Shown: piece after piece, positions 54,532 to 64,000 of the stretch
Position numbering within the stretch: position 1 is the stretch's first letter
Layout of the letters: each line of letters opens with the position of its first letter
NCBI GenBank assembly: GCA_034189385.1
Contig: JAXHVD010000002.1
Coordinates: forward strand, 185,893 to 249,892
Direction of reading: 5' to 3'
DNA length: 64,000 nucleotides
From: Thermodesulfobacteriota bacterium
GTDB lineage: Bacteria; Desulfobacterota; Desulfobacteria; Desulfobacterales; C00003060
Notes under the pieces: model-generated
Told to the model about the DNA's origin: nothing
What the model saw: only the letters and a program-made list of their open reading frames with translations
The model's database searches: none
Translations under genes and position numbers: made by a program

Positions 54532-55785
54532 ATGACGAGAAGTGAAAATTTCTTGGATGGCCGCGTAAAGCTATGGAACGTTGCCGGCAAGGTGTCTCTT
54601 TCAGCGGCTGTGGAGTGCATTATCTCCGAAACCGCCCTTCCAGACGATCGTCAGGCCCGCCTGTTGTTGAAACCCAACTTGAACAACGATCTTATTGGGC
54701 TCACCGGAAACTCGACAGACCTGCGCGTGGTTCATGCCGTTGTTCAGTCCTTACAGCAGAGAGGGTACAGAAATCTCACGGTGATTGATGGCCCAAACCT
54801 TGGTATCGCCCGCACCGGAGCCGACGTGTTGGGCCGTCTTGGGGTCAGGGCGCTATGCGAAAGCTTGGGCGTAACATGCTCGGATGTAAACAGTGGAGAA
54901 TCCACGGAAGTAACTCTGGATAACAAGATCACCATAAGGGTCGCCAAAGAGTTCTTAGATGCAGATTGCGTCATCAATTTGCCCACAGTAAAGACCCATG
55001 CGGAGGTTATGTTTTCGTCTTGCATGAAGAATCTGATCGGCATTGTTGTCGGCATTTGTAAGCGCCAAGTCCACAGGGATCTAGTCGGCAGTATCGTTGC
55101 GCTGAATCAGCTTACCCCTATTTCTATAAACATTGTTGACGGCTTGATGGCTATGGAAGGTGACGGCCCTGGCGATGGAATCCCGCGACAACTGAATTGG
55201 ATCTTTTCAGGGCAAGCCTCCTTTCTGACTGATGCTGTCATTGCGAGGCTTATAGGCCTGAACCCTTTTGAAGAAGTGCCCTATTTGCGGGAGGCCTTTC
55301 GACAGGGACTAGTTGAGAAAGATGATGCCGTGCAAATAGCACACATGGCGCCCAGAGTAACGATACTTAGACCGAAACCCCGCAAGTGGACGTCATGTGT
55401 ACTCGGACACTGGTCACTTGGCTGGTTTCGTGATGTTATTCGGCCGCTGTTTGACAATCAGGTTATTCGTCCTTTCTTGCACTGCCGTGGAGTGGTACAA
55501 GACATCTATGAGGCCCAAGAGGCAGATGTGAAGTTCGAATTCGCTGAAAGTATCTCATGTGGAGACTGTTCACTTTGTTCCTATTATTGTCCCATGGGGC
55601 TTGAGCGGAACGACATTCTTGATGAGAGTAAAGGATGCATTCAGTGTGGATATTGCTACTGGGTCTGCGGTGCAGGTAAGATTCGGATGGTGGGCCACAA
55701 AGGGTATCTGACGCGCCATATCGAAAGGTACAAGACACTGATAGAAAATGCAGTCAGTTCTGGACAGCTTGAAAGGATCTCCTAA
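54532..55785 (+). CDS. DUF362-family protein with a C-terminal 2x[4Fe-4S] ferredoxin domain
   Basis: LLKPN, INLPTVKTH, MKNLIG, IVDGLMAMEGDGP; CGDCSLCSYYCP and CIQCGYCYWVC. Confidence 0.85.
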   Translation: MTRSENFLDGRVKLWNVAGKVSLSAAVECIISETALPDDRQARLLLKPNLNNDLIGLTGNSTDLRVVHAVVQSLQQRGYRNLTVIDGPNLGIARTGADVLGRLGVRALCESLGVTCSDVNSGESTEVTLDNKITIRVAKEFLDADCVINLPTVKTHAEVMFSSCMKNLIGIVVGICKRQVHRDLVGSIVALNQLTPISINIVDGLMAMEGDGPGDGIPRQLNWIFSGQASFLTDAVIARLIGLNPFEEVPYLREAFRQGLVEKDDAVQIAHMAPRVTILRPKPRKWTSCVLGHWSLGWFRDVIRPLFDNQVIRPFLHCRGVVQDIYEAQEADVKFEFAESISCGDCSLCSYYCPMGLERNDILDESKGCIQCGYCYWVCGAGKIRMVGHKGYLTRHIERYKTLIENAVSSGQLERIS

Positions 55786-55826
55786 AAAAATCCGCTGTTG
55801 ACATGAAGCTGACAGATAAAGCCCTT

Positions 55827-58800
55827 TTAAGGGCCCATGATAACGAATTCAGAACTCGCCTTGTCTAAGTCCAGAACCACACTTCCCAGTTTCAGCTTCA
55901 GTTTGTAGTTTACGGTTTTGACCTTGCCATCCGGAATGGTGTCAGGAACGATGATAATCCGGCCCTCATGCTTCTCTTTGACCATGTGATAAAGGCCGCC
56001 GGGATATCGGTAGTCCATTTGCTCTAATAGGGGATAGTAGTCCCCAAAGACCCGAATCTTTCCTTTGACCTTGTATTCCGTGTCACTATCTCCAGTCGTT
56101 TCGTATAGGATGTGAAACTGGATAGGTTCTCCTCGAGAGAATACCGTTTGCCTCAGCCCCTCGCTTCCCGTCGTGTACGCCTCCCGAATGACAACTTCAG
56201 GGGGGGTGAAAGATACTTGCTGCTCATTGAGAGGAATAGTCATGGTCAGCGATTCGACACCGATGCCGCAGTCACAAAGTGGGCTGATAGGGTTACCCGC
56301 CTGATCATATATAGTCATGGTCACGGCGTCGGATGAGACGGAAACGTGACCAAACCCACCGACTGCGTCAGAGGGAGATGGGATGCATCGCCCATCCCAA
56401 ATTGCGGTGATGCCACGCACCTTCCAGGAACCCTGTCCGTTTAAACCATCGTCCGAGCAGTGGATATAGTTACCGTTATTGCAATGGAAAAGCCCACAAC
56501 AGGCTTCAGGCCAGGGATTGTCTTCGCTGGTGTCTCTGTTTAGTGCTGCTAAATGTCTATCTCCACAGAGCCAGAGGACGTGGGGGGCAGTGATTTTGCT
56601 TTTTAGGTAATCCCGTTGTGCATCAAGAGGGTCATAGTCCGCCCATTTGTCACTTGACTTCATTTCATCAGACAAGAATGGCAACTCAGAACAAATGAAC
56701 TTCCATCTGGCCGCACTGTTGTTGACGTGCTGGACAAGCCACTCACGTTGCACATGACCAGCAGCTATATTCCTTGCCCTTGCCATTTCATTGGTGTCGC
56801 CGTCCTGGCGATGATCGCTGGCGCCACTTTCACGGATTTCCCAGGCCTGCCAGGTTCCATCGAAAATCTGATCCCTCAGAGTGATCTGTCTTCCGAAGAC
56901 CCCGTCGATAAGCGTGCAGCTACCATCGGTTACGTTGGTTACCACGTCCCCTCGCACAACCTCTGCCGTCCTATTATCCCAATAAGTAACTGGGATTGAA
57001 ATCGTCAGACCGTTTACAACATCTAACGAATCACCACTGGCCTTGGGGGTGACGCCAAACTGGGTGCCGTCGAGCATGTCCCCGCCGCAAGGGGTAGGAC
57101 AGATGGTCTCAGCACAATTTGGGTCTCTTTTGTACCTCGTGTCAATGCAAAAGAATTCTGCCAGGGAGCCATATTTGAAGCCATACCAGAGGCCCCCGCG
57201 TTTGATCCGGATCTCTTGGCCCCCGCCGAACCATCGGCTGGACAGGCCTGTCGTGTGGATGGTGGTGGAAGAAACAACATCGGTGATAACGGCGTAGCAG
57301 CCAGTCGTCAGATCGTAAACCACTTGGCCCGGGTAAACACCTGCATCTGTGAAGTCCAGCCCGTCGTTCACACTGGGGTCCTGGGTTACGGTAGTGGCAT
57401 CTCCTTCCGATGCCACAAAGACGAGGTCTCCGTCCCCCGCAGCTTTGTCTCCCGGGCCGTCACCCAATTCAGGCATTGGTGTATAGTCTATGAAAGCATC
57501 ATAGGCATTGTATGTTCTGTTATTGGTGCCGTCCATATCTCCACACTTGTCAGAATTATTGCCCACGTAGTCGTGATCCGACCATATGCGGAATAGTGGC
57601 ATCTTTCGCAGGACGTGGTACGTTAAATGCCTGCCCCAGGCTGAAAAGCCCCTCCTTCTTTTATAGGATGGCCAAAGGGGACTCTTGCCACCCCCACCGC
57701 CTTGGACGTCCTGGTCAAGGCCCTCCTTTTCGTCGCTGTTAATCCCGTAGTGGTCACCGAGGTCTATTAAGAAGCGAGGGTTTCGTCCCCCACGCGTCAT
57801 CTGAGCAAAAAGACTGTAGTTGAGGCCTACCGGATGGTTGTCAGCTCCGAAGACAAATTCGAAGGCTTCGGTATTTTCGCTGCTCGGAAACGTTGCACAC
57901 CGGGGAAGACTACTCCAATATGGATGATCGGCCTCAAGCCAAGGATCCGTGTGAGAGTACTCGTAAAAACCGCTGGTTTCGAAAACATGGACCGGTATGC
58001 CGTCTACCAAGAACGTGAAATAGTACGTAGTGTCGCTGTCCAGGCCGGCTGCGGTGGTGATGCAAGTATAGTCATTTTTGCCAGATGGAGGCGCATCTGG
58101 CTGCCGTTCCCAATAGTCGTTTCCCAGTACGTAGCCCTCCGGATCCTTTGCAATAGTCTCTGATTTGCTGTACCTGACCGTGACTGTTGCCTCGTTGCTT
58201 GCCCGACACCACACCTTGATTTGGTGCTCTGTGACCCCACTGAAGACGGGTACGTGGGTCAGATACGTTCCCTGTCCATCGGAGCTAAAAATGACTTCCA
58301 ACCAGAGCGTACTTACATTTGCTCCTGTTGGCACTCCCCCTGGGCTACTTGAGGGATACCCAGAAGCAACGCCACCGTGCCAATTGTTTACGTCGTTCCA
58401 CTGCCACGGTCCTCTTGTTTGCGGATTTACTTCCCACTCCGCATAGTAATATTCGTAAGCGTCAGAGACCATAATCTTCTGTTTGAATCTGTTGCCGTTC
58501 CCAGGATCACAGTAATCAAGTCTAAGGTCTCTCCGCACCTTTTTCCCAGTGTCGTGGCCCTTGGCTCTGACCCAAAGTCTCGTCGCCAGGATCTTGCCTT
58601 GGATTTCCTCCGGTGCGTTTTGAAAAGTGAAGTATTGTGGGCTGCCTCCGGTCAATGGATACACGAATTCAGCTTCGTTCAAGATAGCTCCCAGCTTATC
58701 GCCGGAGCTCACTGCCCACTGATTGTAGTCACCCAATAGACCGTCTGGCTTCAATATGAGGCGCAGGACGGAGGGTGGGGCAGAGGATTCGTCTGCAGTA

Positions 58801-58910
58801 CAGGGCCGATAGTCCAAGGCAAGTCCAGTTGCACAGACGCAACTGACGAGGATCAGAATGGATACGAACTTCGGAAATAGCGCCATCTTTTCCAAGTGCT
58901 GTTGTTTCAT
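55827..58910 (-). CDS. Large secreted PhoD-like metallophosphoesterase with insertions and a C-terminal Ig-like domain
   Basis: VFGAD, LGDHY, WSDHDYVGNN, IDTRYKRD, LCGDRH; N-terminal hydrophobic signal. Start 58910 or upstream to 59042. Confidence 0.8.
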   Translation of the reverse strand: MKQQHLEKMALFPKFVSILILVSCVCATGLALDYRPCTADESSAPPSVLRLILKPDGLLGDYNQWAVSSGDKLGAILNEAEFVYPLTGGSPQYFTFQNAPEEIQGKILATRLWVRAKGHDTGKKVRRDLRLDYCDPGNGNRFKQKIMVSDAYEYYYAEWEVNPQTRGPWQWNDVNNWHGGVASGYPSSSPGGVPTGANVSTLWLEVIFSSDGQGTYLTHVPVFSGVTEHQIKVWCRASNEATVTVRYSKSETIAKDPEGYVLGNDYWERQPDAPPSGKNDYTCITTAAGLDSDTTYYFTFLVDGIPVHVFETSGFYEYSHTDPWLEADHPYWSSLPRCATFPSSENTEAFEFVFGADNHPVGLNYSLFAQMTRGGRNPRFLIDLGDHYGINSDEKEGLDQDVQGGGGGKSPLWPSYKRRRGFSAWGRHLTYHVLRKMPLFRIWSDHDYVGNNSDKCGDMDGTNNRTYNAYDAFIDYTPMPELGDGPGDKAAGDGDLVFVASEGDATTVTQDPSVNDGLDFTDAGVYPGQVVYDLTTGCYAVITDVVSSTTIHTTGLSSRWFGGGQEIRIKRGGLWYGFKYGSLAEFFCIDTRYKRDPNCAETICPTPCGGDMLDGTQFGVTPKASGDSLDVVNGLTISIPVTYWDNRTAEVVRGDVVTNVTDGSCTLIDGVFGRQITLRDQIFDGTWQAWEIRESGASDHRQDGDTNEMARARNIAAGHVQREWLVQHVNNSAARWKFICSELPFLSDEMKSSDKWADYDPLDAQRDYLKSKITAPHVLWLCGDRHLAALNRDTSEDNPWPEACCGLFHCNNGNYIHCSDDGLNGQGSWKVRGITAIWDGRCIPSPSDAVGGFGHVSVSSDAVTMTIYDQAGNPISPLCDCGIGVESLTMTIPLNEQQVSFTPPEVVIREAYTTGSEGLRQTVFSRGEPIQFHILYETTGDSDTEYKVKGKIRVFGDYYPLLEQMDYRYPGGLYHMVKEKHEGRIIIVPDTIPDGKVKTVNYKLKLKLGSVVLDLDKASSEFVIMGP

Positions 58911-59181
58911 CGCAGGTTGTCCTTTTTGGGGTTCCGCTTGAAAAACGTCTGGAGGTGAGCCCTTCGTCTCTTGCGGGGCATTTCCTTTGGTCAGGGACGG
59001 TCCTGGCGGGCTGGCCTGGCCGATGAGTGAGATGTGTTTCAATTGAAGTGCCGCTTAAAGCGAGTGGGGCTGTTTGGGCCATTTATACACCTATTTTCAG
59101 GTAGTTAGCCCCAGCTCTCCTGAAATGCGTACACAAATAAGCTGGCTTCCAGAAATGTCACATGAGGGAGTCTGTGATTTT

Positions 59182-59286
59182 TCATAGGGGAAAACCCTAT
59201 TTCTGTCAAGGGAAAACCCTAATCTACTCAAGAAAAACCCCTATGTACATCAAGAAAAACCCTAGTCTCTCTAAGGGAAAACCCTG
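59182..59286. repeat. Five phased direct repeats (21-22 nt period) in a divergent promoter region
   Basis: AAAACCCT-type cores ending at 59198, 59220, 59242, 59263 and 59285, most preceded by (C/T)AAG(G/A). Confidence 0.85.
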
Positions 59287-59445
59287 TGTTCTCAATGTGG
59301 TGCAAGACAACAGGCCACTGGTGAGGCGGGTGTGAAAAAAGCGCTCTTTCTGGGGGCGCGGAACCCAAGATCATGGTCCCCAGGGAGCAAGTGCCTGAGA
59401 ATGGCAACAGGTACTTCAGAGTATTGTTCGCCTTGACAGTCCAAT

Positions 59446-61980
59446 ATGGTTTGTGCGCTAATACCATTTGTAATGGCTCGCCCTAAAAATCTTATTTTTA
59501 TCATGAACTTGGTAATTCGGACATTGATGGCAATGGCAACGCTATGGCTCACAGCCATGTCGGTGACAACTGCCTTTGCTCAGGGCACTCTCGTTCGAGG
59601 TGGGGTGACGACGGGAGAAGGGCACGCTTTGGTCTTAGTGGAAGAGGCCCAGTTAAGGGATCTGGTCAGTCAGATAGTGAGAAGCGTGATATATGCGAAA
59701 GAGGCCGGACTCAAGGTAGAAAAGTGTGAGATGGCGCTTAAGACTTTGAACCCTATCTTGGAGGACGCAGGCACTTTTCTTAGGAGAAAGAAACCAGCAG
59801 CAGGTCTTGAGCAATCCTATGAGACAATATTAGAAAGAATCAGGAACGGGCAGGAACTTGGGCACAGTGTGTTGAGATGTCTAAAGGAGGAGTTCAAGAA
59901 AAAACACCCTTGGCATGGGCCTGGTGTCCATGAGGCGGACTCAAATGTGAAAGAAAGAGGCCATACCCTAGGAGGGGGAGCTTTGGGTCGATACTTTTAT
60001 GGGACTCGCATACCGGCAAAGACCCCACCCAAAGAAATGGACAAGATTCTCAAGAGCATAAAACCATTTGACTTCGATTTCTTTTACTATGGCTACAAGG
60101 CTAAGAAGGTTAATCAGCAAAAAGGCAAGTACAATTGGAGCATCTTGAACAAGCGGGTGACACTTCTCAACGCACATGAATATCCGATGAGTGTTTCTGT
60201 CAATTTCGGCAGTATGCGACCATGGGCTTTGATGGACAAGTTTTCTTGGATACCTAAGCATTACGCACGGGCAGAGATAGAGGAAATGCTATATCGTAAT
60301 GACAAGGGTGAGGTGCTTTGGCGTTCGGGCTTTCATTCTGCGTTGAACATCTGGCACCCGGTGATCATCGCATACCAAAAGGATTGGTTGCGGGCCCTTG
60401 GGAGTTTCTGCCGTGACCGCAACATCATCATGTATGAACTCTTCAACGAAATGGGTCTCTCTGCCAAGAAAAGACCTGTGGGTTATGGCAAGTATGCCAG
60501 GATTGCTTTTGGGAACTATTTGGAAGAGAAGTATGGAGATATAGACGCCTTAAACAAGACCTTGAAGACGGCATATCCTGGGTTCGAAGTTATCAAGCCA
60601 CCACCCGCAGATGGCTACCAGAGAGGAGATGTTCCTATCGGCCTTGTCTATGAATTTGAAAGATTCAGAAAAGATAGTCTCGTGGATTACATGAAACAGA
60701 TGATTTCGGAGTTGAGAAGGGCGGACACCAACCCAGAGCACGCCATTTCTTCCCAGTTTACCGGTTGGTTCAATGACGCTCATCGTGCCAAGTATTCCGC
60801 AAGGGATTTTCTCAGGCTTGGCTCTTTGGACTGGGATCTTTATGGCGCCCATTGCGCGGGGGACGGAAGGTTTCCGGCCATTACCTTGCTTTACCATTAT
60901 TGCATCAATCGGTATGCGAAGAAGCTCTATTGGAATGATGAGTTCTGGTGGGACTACCGCGAGGCAGCAGACGAAAAGGTTGATGATGAGATTGTCTTAA
61001 GGGCCGTGGCTGAAAGGAACCTGTGGCGGCATATTGCCTATGGAGCAAGGGGGATCAATATTTTCCCTGGACTCTATTCCGATTTGCCGAGTGGGCTCTT
61101 CACAAAGAATAGGCAAATAAGATATGCAGCGTCGGCCTTTCCAGTTGTTTTCAAGAAGATAAACAACTATGCCAAGATATTTGTCAATAGCGACATACTG
61201 AACCAACAGATTGCCATTTTACAGCCCAGTACGACCCTAGATGTTGTTGGTAATGAGTTTTTGGCCAACGAGAATGCCATGAAGCTCTCTGATTGGATGT
61301 TGAGCGAGCACTTGATTCCATTCTATGTTCCAGAAGAGTGTATTTTGGACGGAAGAGAGTCTCTCTTTGAATTTCGTGTATTGATAAGCCCTTATGCGCC
61401 TTTTGCCCCCAAAGGTCTTTGGGCAAAAGTGGAAAAGTGGGTGAAGGGCGGAGGAACATTTGTTTGCGTCGGCCCTTTTGCTTGTTTTGACCAGTACGGC
61501 GGCGAGCAGGATGCGTTTGCAAAAGCGATCCACGGAGAGACGCCGGAGGGCCTCCTTAGTAAGAAGCACGGGAAGGGACGGCTAGTCGTGATGAACAAGG
61601 ATCTCACCTACGCAGCTTATTTGAAGTACATTCAGCCTGCGTTGGAACCCTTGAAGCTTGTCAGCTGTGATCTGAAACCACACATTCTGCAGTTGCCTGC
61701 GAGCAGGGACAGATTTACTGGTGAAAGGAACTTCTACGCCAGGAGTGATATCGACCTCGTTCCATGGGAAGGCGAGCAGGGTAATTGGTATCTCTTTGTG
61801 ATCAACCTGAATGCTTCCAAGATTCTCAAGACAACCATTGAGGTAAAAGGGCCCTTTACCAAGGCCCTGGACCTCAGCGTTGATGGCGGCATGCCAGTGC
61901 CTGCCCTGAAGCGAAGGGATGCAGTAGAATTCCGCGCATGCTTGAAAGCGGGGCAGGGGGTCCTATATCGCCTGTTCTAA
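59446..61980 (+). CDS. Secreted GH42 (beta-galactosidase)-like glycoside hydrolase
   Basis: YELFNE acid/base motif, YLEEKYGDIDALNK, WNDEF nucleophile motif, and a trimerisation-like domain WVKGGGTFV. True start probably ~59503-59527. Confidence 0.72.
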   Translation: MVCALIPFVMARPKNLIFIMNLVIRTLMAMATLWLTAMSVTTAFAQGTLVRGGVTTGEGHALVLVEEAQLRDLVSQIVRSVIYAKEAGLKVEKCEMALKTLNPILEDAGTFLRRKKPAAGLEQSYETILERIRNGQELGHSVLRCLKEEFKKKHPWHGPGVHEADSNVKERGHTLGGGALGRYFYGTRIPAKTPPKEMDKILKSIKPFDFDFFYYGYKAKKVNQQKGKYNWSILNKRVTLLNAHEYPMSVSVNFGSMRPWALMDKFSWIPKHYARAEIEEMLYRNDKGEVLWRSGFHSALNIWHPVIIAYQKDWLRALGSFCRDRNIIMYELFNEMGLSAKKRPVGYGKYARIAFGNYLEEKYGDIDALNKTLKTAYPGFEVIKPPPADGYQRGDVPIGLVYEFERFRKDSLVDYMKQMISELRRADTNPEHAISSQFTGWFNDAHRAKYSARDFLRLGSLDWDLYGAHCAGDGRFPAITLLYHYCINRYAKKLYWNDEFWWDYREAADEKVDDEIVLRAVAERNLWRHIAYGARGINIFPGLYSDLPSGLFTKNRQIRYAASAFPVVFKKINNYAKIFVNSDILNQQIAILQPSTTLDVVGNEFLANENAMKLSDWMLSEHLIPFYVPEECILDGRESLFEFRVLISPYAPFAPKGLWAKVEKWVKGGGTFVCVGPFACFDQYGGEQDAFAKAIHGETPEGLLSKKHGKGRLVVMNKDLTYAAYLKYIQPALEPLKLVSCDLKPHILQLPASRDRFTGERNFYARSDIDLVPWEGEQGNWYLFVINLNASKILKTTIEVKGPFTKALDLSVDGGMPVPALKRRDAVEFRACLKAGQGVLYRLF

Positions 61981-62455
61981 AGTGAAATAAATGTCATTTG
62001 CAACAAAGGGTTCTTTTTTCTTGGTCATGTGCCAGCTCACCCCCAACGTTCTCCGAGACCAGTACTTTCCCAGCTCTAAATAAGGTGGTTGCCCATCCTT
62101 AAACGGATAATTCTCCCAATTGTGTCCTTGTATCATATGAGCTAAAAAGGCGGGAACATGGAGCGGTATACAAAAACTCTGGGCTGCCCGTGTCATGAGG
62201 CAAGGATGCCCCAAAGGACTTATTTCTAAAATCCTGGATTTCTGGCGCGAATATTCTTTCCTAACATATCGTTATCATTACATAAGCATTGTGTGTTGAC
62301 CATCAAGGAGCCTTTTTCGTAGCCTGAGAAGGCGACAAAAGAAGCCCTGTTTGTCATCTTCAGGAGTTGGACGAGGGTGGGGGGGATAATGCGTATAGCG
62401 CTGGGGTGAACGTTCATGACAGACCTTTGTCAGTCAAGGTGTAAAGGGGTTAGGA

Positions 62456-63868
62456 ATGAAAAAGGGCAATAGGCAGTGGCCGATGAGGATGAGGTTGTTG
62501 GGTATAGTGCTTCTCAGTCCTCTTGTTTTCCTCGAAGCGGGAGATCTGATGGCAGAACCCTTCGGCTTTTTTGGTATAAGAAGCGCCCTGAAAAGGGATT
62601 ACCTTGAAGACATAGGGGGCGGTGAGGGATTCTTGATCCGGTCCAACCTCTATTTTAGAAATGTATATTCTATTGCGGAAGATGTATGGGATTTCAAGAC
62701 CGCAGACAAAGACAATCTGTTTAGCCAGGCCTGTGTAAGAAAGGCACAGCTTGTGGTGACGTTTATGTCCCCAACCAACATGGAGAAGATAAGAAGTGAC
62801 TATTACCGGGATTTTATCCTGAGAACCGTAGAGAGGTATGATGGGGATGCCGATTATGGTTGCACGGAGAGCCCTCCGGACTGCTACGCGCTTGGAGACC
62901 AGATGTATCCCCTGTGGAGTGAAAGCGAAAGGCCAGCGGTCAAGTTCTGGCAGATGGAAAACGAAGTTGACGATAACATTTACTGGTTAGACCACCCTGA
63001 AGATTATTCTGAGCTGATCAACTTGGTGTACCCTTTAGTGAAGCAGGCCTGTCCGGACTGTACCGTTTTGCTGGGCAGCCTCTTGCTTAAGGACATGGGG
63101 CACCCATTCTATGACGTCTTTTTTCAAAATTCCAGCAGCTTTGACATCTTTGATCTCCATCGATTTACCACGATGAACAAGAATCACTTCAGTGGCTATT
63201 CCTCAAGAATTGAATGGCTTAGACAGCAGGATCCTTCTTTACCCCTTTGGATGACGGAAACGGCAAATCACACGGATTCTCCCCGAAAGGCAGACGGAAC
63301 GTTTTGGCCGTACCAGAGTGAATTGAACCAGGCTCTATCGGTTTTTAAACGAATTATTCACCTTTCTTCGCTTGGCGTGGAGAAAATCCTGTGGAACCAC
63401 CTGTTCGAACGCACAAATGGGAAGGAAAATGGGATTTTTTGGTATACAGGTCTCATCTATGATGGCGAAGGAGAATTTGACAAAGGCAAACATGTGAAGA
63501 AACTCTCTTATTTCACATATAAGCTAATGGTCCAGAAATTAGGACATGCTGATTGGCAGAACATCACAAGCACTAACCCCGCGGAGAATGTTTACCTGTA
63601 TCTGTTTATGGTGGATGGGGCACCAATGTATGTGGCATGGTACGACTGGTTCGACGGCACGGACAAGTCGATCCAAGTGACCCTTGATGTCAGCGCCATC
63701 ACCACCCCTGAGGCAGTCGTGACCAAGGCGGTGCCAAAGTTTCAGACAGGAAAGAAAGCCGATACGGTCCCCTTTGTGCAAGCGTTCAAGAGCTACCCGG
63801 TGTCGGTCACAGAGGATGCGATCAACATCACCTTGGGCAAGAAGCCGGTCTTCATTCAGGAGAATTAA
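62456..63868 (+). CDS. Secreted clan GH-A glycoside hydrolase (GH39/GH5-like)
   Basis: Signal peptide; VERYDGD, WQMENE, FDIFDLH, PLWMTET. Confidence 0.75.
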   Translation: MKKGNRQWPMRMRLLGIVLLSPLVFLEAGDLMAEPFGFFGIRSALKRDYLEDIGGGEGFLIRSNLYFRNVYSIAEDVWDFKTADKDNLFSQACVRKAQLVVTFMSPTNMEKIRSDYYRDFILRTVERYDGDADYGCTESPPDCYALGDQMYPLWSESERPAVKFWQMENEVDDNIYWLDHPEDYSELINLVYPLVKQACPDCTVLLGSLLLKDMGHPFYDVFFQNSSSFDIFDLHRFTTMNKNHFSGYSSRIEWLRQQDPSLPLWMTETANHTDSPRKADGTFWPYQSELNQALSVFKRIIHLSSLGVEKILWNHLFERTNGKENGIFWYTGLIYDGEGEFDKGKHVKKLSYFTYKLMVQKLGHADWQNITSTNPAENVYLYLFMVDGAPMYVAWYDWFDGTDKSIQVTLDVSAITTPEAVVTKAVPKFQTGKKADTVPFVQAFKSYPVSVTEDAINITLGKKPVFIQEN

Positions 63869-63960
63869 GGTGTCTTAGATAAACGGGCTGTTGCCCAAAT
63901 CTCTTTTCCCTTGTTCTGAGACGTTTTTTGACAAATCTAAGGCTTGCTCCAGGCGCTTTC

Positions 63961-63988
63961 AAAACTCGCCCTTCGGGCTCAAGCAGTT
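63961..63988. repeat. REP-like core (third copy)
   Basis: AAAACTCGCCCTTCGGGCTCAAGCAGTT; compare 5298-5328 and 14457-14488. Confidence 0.5.
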
Positions 63989-64000
63989 GAAATCGCTTGT

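Noticed and set aside
59182..59286. Mini-CRISPR array or plasmid iterons
   Set aside because: The 21-22 nt period is too short for repeat plus spacer, and there is no cas or rep gene nearby.

Overview
This window is bacterial DNA, probably from an anaerobic Desulfobacterota-like organism (inferred from gene content and intergenic repeats). It looks like a cell-surface and extracellular-electron-transfer island. (1) Positions 476-5026 hold a Tat-exported [NiFe]-hydrogenase operon. The ORF track splits the large subunit in two, but it reads as one 779-aa protein through two in-frame TGA codons. These fall exactly on both N-terminal metal-ligand cysteines (RT-U-GV-U-P) and are followed by a SECIS-like hairpin, while the C-terminal motif keeps Cys (DPCCAC). 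That is the reverse of canonical [NiFeSe] enzymes and is the most striking signal in the window. (2) Positions 6.9-35.8 kb carry six c-type cytochrome genes: two OmcZ-nanowire-like octahemes, each followed by a double-PpiC foldase; a ~15-heme and a 10-heme protein; an OmcZ-derived triheme fused to an Ig-like domain; and a second hidden selenoprotein (a split-Soret-like cytochrome with TGA plus a SECIS-like hairpin). The same region has two tatA genes, a NarL-type two-component system, and a 21-repeat Cys/Asp surface protein whose C-terminal anchor motif sits next to a caspase/gingipain-like protease. (3) Positions 40-64 kb hold a surface-glycan cluster (five alkaline-phosphatase-superfamily paralogs, flippase, GT4s, Wzy/WaaL-like protein, DUF362), a PhoD-like protein and two clan-A glycoside hydrolases. 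One precisely spaced upstream motif recurs before four transcription units. I found no rRNA, tRNA, CRISPR array or transposase. All family assignments come from motif recognition by eye; no searches were run.
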